A stretch of DNA of 64,000 nucleotides from Mayamaea pseudoterrestris. Lineage: Eukaryota. The stretch's first letter is position 1, and each line of letters begins with the position of its first letter. A program made the translations under genes and the position numbers. Shown in pieces: positions 1 through 10,616 of the stretch. Below the pieces are notes generated by a model, which saw only the letters and a program-made list of their open reading frames with translations, made no database searches and was not told the origin of the DNA. The stretch covers positions 744,001 to 808,000 of the forward strand of contig BROI01000008.1 of assembly GCA_027923505.1 (NCBI GenBank), in the 5' to 3' direction.

Positions 1-885
1 CTGCGCCAAAATCAGACGGAAGAGGAGCAAGCGGAAGCAGCGAACGATGGCATTGCCATACCCAATGTAGTTACTGCGCCACACATAGAGCTTCCCGTTT
101 TCACCAACAATACCAATCAGTGTAAAGGAGAAGATATCCGCGATGCTGCGCTGCATACTGAACTGGCATTTCGGAAGAAAGGCCTCACGAGCTTGCACAT
201 TTACGGCGCCTTCATACCTCTTCCAGTTACGCTTAAGCGAATTCTTGTCGACGCATGGGAAAATATCACCCAGTGCAGCTCAGTTCCAATTCTTCCAGCG
301 AAAGTTAGCGTCAAAGATGCTCTAAACCTTTACATACAACGCAAGGGAGTTGAGCTCGAGTGCGCCACAGTTGATGCTGAGCTAAATGACGCGAACGCGT
401 CCGCTTCCGCTGCTAGCCTTCACGATATAAATGCGAACAAGCAGCAATGGATTGACATGATAGATGGCATTTGCCAGTATTTTGACGAGACACTTCCTTG
501 TCACCTCTTGTATGCGGAGGAATTGGCCCAACTTCACACCATGTGCGCGGACGATGAAACAAACATCGAATCCTATTCGGAAATTTACGGGTGTGAACAT
601 TTACTTCGACTGTTGACGAGGTTGCCGGCGCTACTCCTCGACAATGCCGCCGAGCAGGAGCTGCGTCCGATCCTTGCCAAGGTGAATGACTTTGTTCGCT
701 TCATGCACAAGAGTGATTCGCTGTGGGCGTTGAGCTACCGACCATTAAATGACGCGGAGCTTGGTGAGAAGATAAAGTTGGAAAAGATGAAAGATACAAA
801 AAGAAAGCGCGATACCAAGTCTGATGCTATGGGAGATTTTTCTTCTGAAATGGGAGGCAAGCGACAGATGACTGTGCCGGATTAG
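1..885 (+). CDS. MRG-domain chromatin protein (Eaf3/MRG15 family), 5' partial
   Basis: Frame is open from base 1 to TAG at 883-885. MRG motifs IPLPVTLKRILVDAWENIT, GICQYFDETLPCHLLYAEE and SEIYGCEHLLRLLTRLP. Confidence 0.88.
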   Translation: MRQNQTEEEQAEAANDGIAIPNVVTAPHIELPVFTNNTNQCKGEDIRDAALHTELAFRKKGLTSLHIYGAFIPLPVTLKRILVDAWENITQCSSVPILPAKVSVKDALNLYIQRKGVELECATVDAELNDANASASAASLHDINANKQQWIDMIDGICQYFDETLPCHLLYAEELAQLHTMCADDETNIESYSEIYGCEHLLRLLTRLPALLLDNAAEQELRPILAKVNDFVRFMHKSDSLWALSYRPLNDAELGEKIKLEKMKDTKRKRDTKSDAMGDFSSEMGGKRQMTVPD

Positions 886-1204
886 ACACACCTCCTGTTT
901 GATCTGTGCTTCCACTAATCTGGTATCAGGTCGGTGCCATATAAAAGTGTAGTCTATTACAATCTTCTGCTGGTATGTACAGAGTTTGAATTATTTACCG
1001 CACATAACTTACATCGTCTATGTACTGGGACGATGGGAAAAGGTGTGTCGCGGCAGGTCGTTCTTATCCCGTTGTGACACTTTCGGCATCTTCCTCGACG
1101 AAGACGCTCTTCATTTTCACGAAGTAACTTCATTACACGCTGTTTTTAATCCGATTGCTGTAAGGAACTAACTGTTGAATTGGGGTGAACTTTAAAAGGG
1201 AATC

Positions 1205-1963
1205 ATGGCATATGAAAAACGATGGAACGCTCATTCGTTGATCGCCAGCCAGATCTTTCTGTCAGGCATTTTCGCGCTGCTTCGGTTATGTCACACAGCC
1301 GCACATGGACCAGTTCCCATTGACCTAGGAACAACTTTGATTGCACTCAAATACAAAGATGGTGTCGTTGTCGCCGCTGACACTCGAACTTCCATGTCAA
1401 GCTACGTGAGTCACCGATCGGCCGACAAGATTGTTCCAGTCTCCTCGCATTGTCTTGTTGCTCGGTCAGGCAGTGCGGCTGACACACAGATGTTGGCGCA
1501 CGTTACAACGCAACATATTCTAGAACGCTTTTATAAACATGGAATGGTTTCTACAGTTTCGCAAAGTGCAAGGCTGATGGAAAATCTGGTGGGGTCGTCC
1601 TCGAACGAGTTGGGTGTGAGTTTACTAATCGCTGGCTACGACAAGGAGAGCTGTGCTAGTAAAATTTACAGCTTAGCAGCCAGTGGAGCGCTGTTGGAAG
1701 AAGGAACTTTTGCTATTGCAGGCTCTGGGTCGTCTTTTATCTCGGGATACATGGATACGCATGCCGTCGGAGGCTCAGAAATCTTGGACGAAGCGGCAGC
1801 GATTCGAGTATGTCAACACGCGATGCAGCTGGCCATGACGCGAGATGCTTCCTCGGGAGGCTTTATTCGCATCTTCGTATGTAATGATAAGGGATGTCGG
1901 CAGGAAACCAATCGTCCCGCGTCATTGCAAGTTGATGCAGGTGCAGATCGCAGAGTTTCATGA
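1205..1963 (+). CDS. PSMB6: 20S proteasome subunit beta-1 type, with hydrophobic N-terminal leader
   Basis: Autocatalytic site DLG|TTLIA, plus AADTRTS, ARSGSAADTQ, IAGSGS and RDASSGG, typical of beta1/PRE3. Confidence 0.85.
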   Translation: MAYEKRWNAHSLIASQIFLSGIFALLRLCHTAAHGPVPIDLGTTLIALKYKDGVVVAADTRTSMSSYVSHRSADKIVPVSSHCLVARSGSAADTQMLAHVTTQHILERFYKHGMVSTVSQSARLMENLVGSSSNELGVSLLIAGYDKESCASKIYSLAASGALLEEGTFAIAGSGSSFISGYMDTHAVGGSEILDEAAAIRVCQHAMQLAMTRDASSGGFIRIFVCNDKGCRQETNRPASLQVDAGADRRVS

Positions 1964-2002
1964 CGGCTGGATTAGTTTTGATCAAGCACAAAAGAATAGC
2001 CT

Positions 2003-5000
2003 CTATGTAATACTTTTCTTTGCGTCACTAGTGTTATCCATTTGTGGATCTTTGATAGCACCCGGCAAACAAAAACGCATTATTGCTGGGACAGGATCAG
2101 GGACTGTCAAACGAACTTTCCTACCTTGGCCATCGACCTCAACGGTTACAACAAATGAGTCTCCCGTCTTCGATCCCTCCGGCACTTTTATATCAAACGA
2201 CTTATCCATGCTGATATCCGAAGCTTTCCGCTTCCGCTTTTGAATTGGCTTTCTCGAATAGTAATTACCAGATAGGTTCGGGAAGAGCTTCTTACTGTGA
2301 TTTAGTGACGAGCGGAGCAGGGACGTCTGGCGAGAGTCGCCATTCCAGTCTGCTAGCTGGTCATGGATCAGTGGACCATTGCTAAATTGCGCATATGTCT
2401 CGATTAAAGAAAGGGCGACGGCCTTGATTGGGTCGAACATATGGTGAATCGTCCATAAGCGGAAGCATTTCGCGAGAGCTTCTTCCGAGCAGTTGAGGCG
2501 GAGGAAGCATGAATAAGCAGTTTTAAGACTTCTTTCTTTAGCGAATTCTGATAATAGCTTGCCTGCTTGAACGTCTTGTACTATGAGTTGAGCAAGACAA
2601 CCATTAGCATGCCGTTTAACAGTCGTCAGAAAGAAATGCGACGACAGCGACCGGGTCGGCAATAAACGATCACTGGAATGGTGCACCTGGGGAGCACCTC
2701 CTTGTGCCTTGGCACTTGCTGCGAAGAAAGAAGGCAGATCGCGGCCAGCCCCATAGAAAAATTTCATGAGCGTCTCGATGTCGTCTCGACGACTGCATAG
2801 TCGCAACAGGTTTAAGTATGCCAATATATATTTTCCTCGGAGACGATCGTATTTCCGGACTGTCTGATTTAGTACAGCAAATGGCGATGCGGAGCCCGTC
2901 GTTACCCAAACCGCGCAAAGTTGAGGCCGCCGCTTTTCAAAGAGAACGCTTAGAACCGTTGCTGCACTTGAATACGCGTTCGACGAGTTAAACCCTCGAA
3001 GCTTGGCCGCCTTTGACGCCGACACAGTACCAGCGCTGCCGCGACACCACTGGTCGATAGGGTTGTCCAATACAGGTGCCCACAAAAGCGCCTGAGCATG
3101 TCGATACACTGAACGGTGAAAATAAGAGAAGTCAAGTCTACATCTGGCAAGCGCATCGACAACGTCTGTGAGGACCGTCCAAACCCTTTCACGGACGCCC
3201 GACTGCCGATGCACAGGATCAGAGTAGAAATTCATTTCCGTGAGTCGAAGTGCCTCGGTTTCGGCCAAATACCGTTCGCCTTCCTGGTGGTTCACACCAT
3301 AAATGAGGCATTTCAGACGCAACGCATGCAAGCGATAAAGTACCTCGGCAGAACCGTGATCGCTTCCTCCGTTCTGTTCCGCATTAAGCAATCCTCCCTT
3401 TTCGACTGCCAAAGAGACTTCTAGGGAATACGCGTATTCAAGTAATGCAGTCTTCATATGAACTTCATATCTTCGAATGGTGTCTGGGCCGCTTATTGTC
3501 CCACTAAAGGATTCATTCCGAAATGTGTTCGCAATCTTCTCGTGGCACTTTCCTTGCATAAATCGAAGGCCGTACTTGTGCAGCCTAATGTCACCATCAT
3601 GTGTCAGAGCAGCGTCGGCCCTCGCAAAACACTCCAACGCGACTTCTGCAAGATCACGTTTACGCTTACTTGTAAGAGCACTCATGGGACACCCATAGCG
3701 CTGACACCCTGAGAGTTCCGAGTACATCACGACACCCAAACATTCCATACATTCAGAAAGCATTTGCTTCGACTCATTATTTGAAACATCTGTGTCTTGA
3801 GCAAGAATGTAGAGAGCAAGACATATGCATCGGGTAGCGATTATACGTAAGGAGGCGACGAACAAACCTCCCCATGTCTGTTGCCAGTTACTGACGTCCT
3901 CATTTTCTATACACGATAGTTTCAAGCATAGTAAGCGCTCATTTGTTTCATTGTCATCAATGCAGGGGTCGCGATAGAATGCTGCAGCTTCGGCGGAACA
4001 TGCTTGCAGTGAAGCGAATGAAGACCAGATATATCTTGTGTAAAGGGAGAGGTTCGCGCCAATTGAGCTTACCCAACCTTCACCTTTATAATTCGACTCG
4101 TTTTCATGCTCCTGCAGTAGCTCCGGCAGTCTGCGGCGACGCCCCAATGCCACTGGACGCTCAGGGACTGTAAAGCAACTGTTGTGATTGTCACTGCGAC
4201 TAGGGCCAATTCGATCAGCAATGAGATTTGCCTTCTCCACGATGCATTGCGCGGCTTTGTACCAGCCACGAAAATCGCTTGCATCTCCAAGCCAAAGACT
4301 TTCAAGAATAGCATTGAATTTTTTGGACAACTCCTCCTCGATTCTTATTGATTCGGCCCTATCGCAGTCGTTTGCCTGCTCTGGTAGCGCTCCTTGCGCA
4401 AGTAGTTGCGAAATTCCACGCCGAACAATACTTGTTGCTTCGTCCTCGCTTTCTCGCGTGCCATTTTTATTAAAAACATTTCTTACTTTTGTAAATGGTA
4501 GCTCCCAATACTCACTGCGATTAATAATAGCACGTACTTCTGAGAGGGGATTACATGATTGTCGCGAGAATAGATACGTCTGTATATCGTCCCGCTGAGC
4601 CCCATCCTCCGAGGAGAGCGGTGGGAGCGCATCCAGAATAACATCCAGAGCTGCCTTGGGTGGTGACTTCCTTCCTTGGGAGTAAGCTCGCATGATGCAT
4701 CGATATAGCGCTATAGCTGCATTGAGATTCTCAGGCTTGTACTGATGTACCTTCAAAGGACTACAACTCGGCGCTACTACGTCCTTTATTTCGTTGTTGT
4801 TAGTGAGGATGACGCGATGGAGACACTTGTACGCTTTATAAAGTAGCCTGTCCAGCAACGCGCCTATCGTTCTGGTACCAAATGGATAGTCGTTCCAGAT
4901 TGCTTTTTGGCGGGTAGAATCGTCGCCGTCAGCAAACGCAATGAGAAGCTTGTCGGCGATCCAATTAAGAACGCGCGCGACCACAAGAGGCAGCAATGGG

Positions 5001-8000
5001 CCATTTTTAGTTGTAGACCCTTCATAATGCTTAATAGACACTGCTTCTTCTTCGTCGATGGCCGAGAAAACGCCATTGATAGCTTGTACCATCTGACCGA
5101 GTAGACAAAGAAGGTTTTTTCCTTGCCTTGCCGCCACTATTTCAGCGTCGGCACTGCTAGTCTCGCTTATTAACTGTGCTGCGCTAGTATCTGAGTCAAA
5201 AATATCTGTAGCTGAAGTTGCAGCATGAGTGTTTGACGCCCGTGCGCCACTGTCACCCGAGAAGCCGCACAATCCAACTATAGCGGTTGCCACCGGTACC
5301 ATAAGCCTTGCTTTCAAGTTTAACTCGTTTATTAAGGCAGTCTCCCATAAACACAAGAGACTTTCGCATACTTCTGCGAGCATCGTACTCAAGGAATCAT
5401 GGTCGTTTAAGACGTCAGGGTCAAAGGAACCAGATTTTGTCACAATTATGTCAGACAATTCCTGCCCAAGCATACAACATGCTTTAGCGAGCAACGTTGC
5501 TCTCGACTTCCCAAGCCTTTGTCGAAGAAATTGGCCTGTGGGGCCCTGTTCATGGTTAACGATGGCACGCAGGACGGATGTTTGTTTAATAATTATGTTC
5601 GCAGCTCCTCGTACAACCGATTGACGAAGTGTGCCTAATAACTGGGGATGGAGTTGGATCGTTTTTAAAAAAGTCATGACAGAATTTAAAAGGTCGACGT
5701 CATCTTGAGGACCGTCAACCGCATAAGGAGGCTGATTAAGAGAATACACGAACCAATCAGCGCAGAGACACAACGAAAGTTGAACCATGTGAATGCAGAT
5801 CTCCGACGCAACAAACGTAAAGAAAAGTTGCTCATTCTCTTCCGTTATTGCAATTGCGTGTATCTTTCCCAAAAGAAGTTGGAGAAGCGTCATGTGCTTC
5901 CTTAAACCTTCGGTGACTGAGGAAAAGCTCGTTCCTGCGCTCTTGTTAAAAGACTCATCGTCAGTATCATCCAATGAAATTTTTTTGCAATTCGACCGCC
6001 CTTGCGATAGTTTCGACCGACAATAAATGCAGATGGCAATAATGAGACGACTATATAGCTTCAGCAATGCAGATGTCTCCTTCTGTGCTACCAAACAACA
6101 GCTCATGATACTGAGGATAGATATTGACGCGCAACTGGACAAGCCCTGAAGTACTGTTGAGTCGACGGAACTCGAAAGCACCAACGAATCGAACCAATCT
6201 TTCAACGAGATTATGTCCGTCAATTCCATTCGACTTCGGATAAGTGTGTTGCCATGAAGCCGCAAAAAGTCATCGACTATTTCGTGAAGCTTTTCGTCCA
6301 AAACTTCACCAGTTCCATGATAACGTTCAAGTAGAGCCTGCCCGACGTCTAAAAACACACGCGCACTGTCACTGCCCGACAGATTGTTGCGTATTATATT
6401 CGAAATTGCTTCCAAACACGCCTCTTGTGTTGACAAAATTACCGATGATGCCGTAATTTCATTGTAGAACACTTCGAGAGATTGCGCCGTCAGAACTTTG
6501 CAGTAGCTGGCCTCGGCTTCAGACTCCAAGTGTGGTGTCGCAACTTCTCCGACCATGTCAAGTATCTCAATTGTAAATTTTAAGTATTTTAAGGCTTCCC
6601 CTTCGGCAGATCTTGATTCGGACACGTTTCGCGTTGACCTACACTTCCAAAGTAAGTATCGAGTGGTCATCCAGTAAATTCGAACCTTCAAGCTTGAAAC
6701 GTGTTGTGTGCCACTTTGCAACATTAAGTCGGTATTTTGGAGCGATTGACATAGCGTTGACACAAGAAGGGAAAGTTTGCTTGGTTCAGAATCGAAGCTA
6801 AAGCTCTGTGTCTCTAGGCGCTTTTCCACTCGCGTCAAAAGCTGCTCGCCATGCAAGAGGTCGATCGCAACTTTTTCCAAAAAACTTAAATTAGCGTCTG
6901 CAGGAGCTTTAAGATCACCTCTTGACCAGCTTGGTACAAGTGCAACATGACAGTGGGATTGGCGAAGAAGTAACTCGATACCTGCGAGAATCGGGTGGAG
7001 AAATGAGCGTGTTTTGAAAAGTATCAGACGACAGCACTTGATGGGGAAACAACTTACATTCATTTAAAGACGACGAGAGAGTCTGCGACGAACCTCTATC
7101 ACTTGCAAAAATTTCTCCAATGTGAAGACTGATGTGTGACGCGAAACGGAACAACAAGCCGAGCGCAGAGATAGGCCAGTCGATGGTAAGAAATGCTGCA
7201 AGGGTCGAGTCACTCAGCCGCTCTTTAGTCTCTTCACGCACTCGACTAGCACTGGCTGCAGGTATTCGAGTAGTGATTCCGCTGAAACGATCAAGACTCA
7301 CGGCCCGTGGAGGTAGTAAGCTGTCACAATCCAACGTCGTTTCGTTGAGAGCGCTCGTCTCGCCATTGCATCGCAACATAAGCGCTCGCAAGCAATACGC
7401 AACAGATTGTCGCCGCTTCAAACGCTCTGCGCGTTTTCCTTCCGTTATTACCTGTGTCCGAAGCCGCTTTGAAACGCGATTGATTGGAGTCGTTGGGTCG
7501 TCGATCGTTGGCTTGTCCGTCTTGCTTTCGGGCGATTCTACCAATTCTAAGATCTTAAAGTCTTCCTGTAACAGCGATTCATCTTTTCTAGCGATAGTTT
7601 TTAGATGATCCACGGTGGCTCGAGTTGAAACGACCGAAAGCGATAAATCTTTGCAGGTACACTCTAATGAGTGTTGATCGATTGCAGACAAGTAGGAACA
7701 CACGATTCCCACAATGCCACACGGCAGTCTAAGAATCGGCGCCAAATCTAACTCCACAACAGTTGATATACCAGCTATTTCCTGCTGTACAGTAGCCTTC
7801 CAGTGTTGATGAGTTGCATGTGGACCTCCGCCACGAACGATACGAAGCAGAGTTCTGGCAAGTGTCGACCAAGAATTGTATCTCGAAATGACAATCCTCG
7901 TTCTCGTAACAAAGAATGGTTGTCTTATTAAAGAGGCATAGCCCGAAGGATTTTCTTCCAAGTTCCATTCCTTGATAGCAATTTTTAGCAGAGTAGAAGG

Positions 8001-8711
8001 AGGTACATTCGGAGAAAGAGCCCTGCTACTCATTTGTAGCGCATGCGTCTCGAGTCGGCGATACATTAAAAGTGCTGGAGGAAGATCATGGGACGAACCG
8101 CGTACATGACCAAGCCTCCTCGCGAGACTCGCAATCTTTAGCCACAAAATTAAATCCGATCCGTCCAAGACGGAAGCATCCACGAGAGCGGAAAGTGCGC
8201 GTCGCACTGTCCGTTCCTCCTCCTCATCCCAGCAAGAGACAATATCGTCTTGAAACGATTTTAAAGGTCGAACCAAACCACGCTCCAATAGTAGATTGCT
8301 GTTGGATTTTAAAGCAGATCTCCCAGCAATGAGTAAATCGGAATAGTTTACCAAGGCGAGATATGCAAGTGTCTTGACCATGTCGTGGTGCGCTGCCGAT
8401 GTGAGGGCCGGAGGCTCGCGTCGTCGTTCAATAAAACACAAGCTCGCCAATTGCGGTACATGCGGCAGAAGTAGTGGATCCCATAATAAAGTTTCCTCCA
8501 AAGCCTTTCTCGCAGCTCTGCCAACTTGTTTCATAAGGTCTAAATTGAGTGAGGCGTCCGCTCGATGCCATGCGGCTACACATTCCATGCTGGTTTGATA
8601 GGCTTTTGAAAGACGATTCAATGCGGCTTCGACAGTTTCTTGACTCTTTCGGTTCGCGCCGCTCTTTATTTGAGAGTGAGAAGCTACGTTTGCTCCTTCC
8701 CATGAGCTCAT
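2003..8711 (-). CDS. CABIN1: CABIN1/HIR3-like histone chaperone scaffold; exons 8711-7058 and 6981-2003
   Basis: GT-AG intron 7057-6982 (GTAAGT...CAG) joins the two long ORFs in frame (..LNE-C-IELLL..). Motifs ASVLDGSDLILWLKI, EVLYRLHALRLK and FHRSVYRHAQAL resemble CABIN1/Hir3. Confidence 0.75.
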
Positions 8712-8947
8712 AGTTCATTTTTTACTGGCAACAGGATGTTGATGCCCTCGTCGCTCGATTGATTTATTTTGTGTCGCCAGCGCGCGCTCGGCGCCTCATT
8801 CGCTGCATCTGAAACTTACGGTTTGCGTTATTCTAGCTATCAGACGTGTACCCAATTTTAGATGAAACCAACAGTAACTTTTAAAACGATTGTAGCTCCA
8901 TATTCATGAGAAGTAGACAAAAAGTTTAAAAATCGAGCTAAGTCAAC

Positions 8948-10492
8948 TTAAGCAATCCGAGTACTTTCAGCAGTGCATCGAAGCCGATCTACTCCGGCAA
9001 ATGGTTCCCATATGTGACACGCAACTGACGGCGACATTTGAACAAGCCAAGAAGGAAGCGCCAGTGATTTAGAGCTCAGCAGCCACTTTGTAATAGCACG
9101 CTCCTGACTTGCTAAATATTCCGCCAACGATTCATGCCCTTCCATGCCGGCAAGGTCGGATGGCATGCACCCTTCCTTATCGGGTCGAATCATCTCCAGT
9201 GTCAATAACGCCGCATTCAAACCCACCAACATGTCACCGAAAAACCAATGGCAGAGTTCGCGCTTGCCGCGTTGCGCGGCCTTGTGTAGCAATCCATGAT
9301 GATTATCATTTAACACGAGGCAAGAGCAGCCGACGGAATCGAGCCAACGCATAATGTCAGGCGAACCATGACTTCCTTGGGCGGCCCACAATGCTGCGTT
9401 GCAGCCAAACGAGTTGACGGAGGATACATTGCATTTTCTCTCATGCAAGTATACCATGACGCCCAGATGCCCCTGCCAGGCTGCCCAGCAAAATGCGGTC
9501 GTCCCATCAGCCGTCACCGCTTCCAAATTGACGCGACATTCTTCCACCAAATACTGCACAACATGCAAATGGCCGTTCCTTGCTGCCCAGTGCAAGGCCG
9601 TTCGACCTCGAAAGCCTCGTCTGCCCCGCTGCGCAAAGTTTGGGTCGCAGTTACACGTAGCAATGAAGAATTTGACCATGTCAAGCCGCCCGGATCCAGC
9701 GGCCCATAGCAGTAGACTGGCACCTTTGTTGTCAATGAATGTAGATGGGCTAAAACCTTCCTCGATCATCACCTTCATTTGAAGTATATTGCCTTGTTTT
9801 GCAATATTGACCGGATCGACCGGAGACGACAGTCGTCGAGGAACAAACGTCTCCTTCGCCGCGACTTGAACGGCACCAATAACAGCATTGTTTGCATCGT
9901 ACACAACAATGGCATTTGTCATCACTGTACTGGCAGTAGTACCCATGGCTTCGGAATGATTTTGTGCGTGAGTCTGTTGAATATGCCACCACAATCCTTT
10001 GTCGCCTCTGAGCCACTGGCAGCAATGCGGACAAGGCAGACGACCCGACTCACGAAGGGCAAGAAAGCGAGCTTGCGTTGTTATGCAAATTATACCAGCA
10101 TTGTTGCAGCGGATATCAAGTGAATAACCCAAGTCACGCGTAGATTGTTCGAGGGATAGCATCAATAATCGAGCAAACTTTTGCGGCGAGTGGATGGTCC
10201 GAATGGAACCAAGATCCGATTCAATGCACAGAGTGTTTACTGTAGCATCTTTAAAGCGATGAAAATAGGATACAGCCGTTCTTACTTCCACGTCCCATGG
10301 TTTTCCCTCCAAACTATCCGAATCTTTCGAGCATGTCAACGAGACTGTCGATGACGCCAGTGTCAGCATTGCGGCTTTCCATGCTGGTGTTGCATGTCCA
10401 CCGCATAATTCTTCTATACAGTCTACTACGGTTTCTTTTAAATGTTGGCATAGTTTAGAAGCACAAACTTGATTGTCTTGAGAACTTTTCAT
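8948..10492 (-). CDS. Ankyrin-repeat protein with one C2H2 zinc finger
   Basis: First ATG at 10492. CPHC-x12-HIQQTH finger. Ankyrin repeats GRTALHWAARNGHLHVVQYLV, GTTAFCWAAWQGHL and HGLLHKAAQRG. Confidence 0.85.
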   Translation of the reverse strand: MKSSQDNQVCASKLCQHLKETVVDCIEELCGGHATPAWKAAMLTLASSTVSLTCSKDSDSLEGKPWDVEVRTAVSYFHRFKDATVNTLCIESDLGSIRTIHSPQKFARLLMLSLEQSTRDLGYSLDIRCNNAGIICITTQARFLALRESGRLPCPHCCQWLRGDKGLWWHIQQTHAQNHSEAMGTTASTVMTNAIVVYDANNAVIGAVQVAAKETFVPRRLSSPVDPVNIAKQGNILQMKVMIEEGFSPSTFIDNKGASLLLWAAGSGRLDMVKFFIATCNCDPNFAQRGRRGFRGRTALHWAARNGHLHVVQYLVEECRVNLEAVTADGTTAFCWAAWQGHLGVMVYLHERKCNVSSVNSFGCNAALWAAQGSHGSPDIMRWLDSVGCSCLVLNDNHHGLLHKAAQRGKRELCHWFFGDMLVGLNAALLTLEMIRPDKEGCMPSDLAGMEGHESLAEYLASQERAITKWLLSSKSLALPSWLVQMSPSVACHIWEPFAGVDRLRCTAESTRIA

Positions 10493-10616
10493 GGTGACAA
10501 ATTTGGAAGGTCGTTTTGTCCGTCCATCTACGGAATGAGCGAAATTTGAGTCTTGGTGCGACAGAATAATCAATGAGAGCTGATGCCTTATCACTCAATT
10601 AATGCGCATAAAGCAT

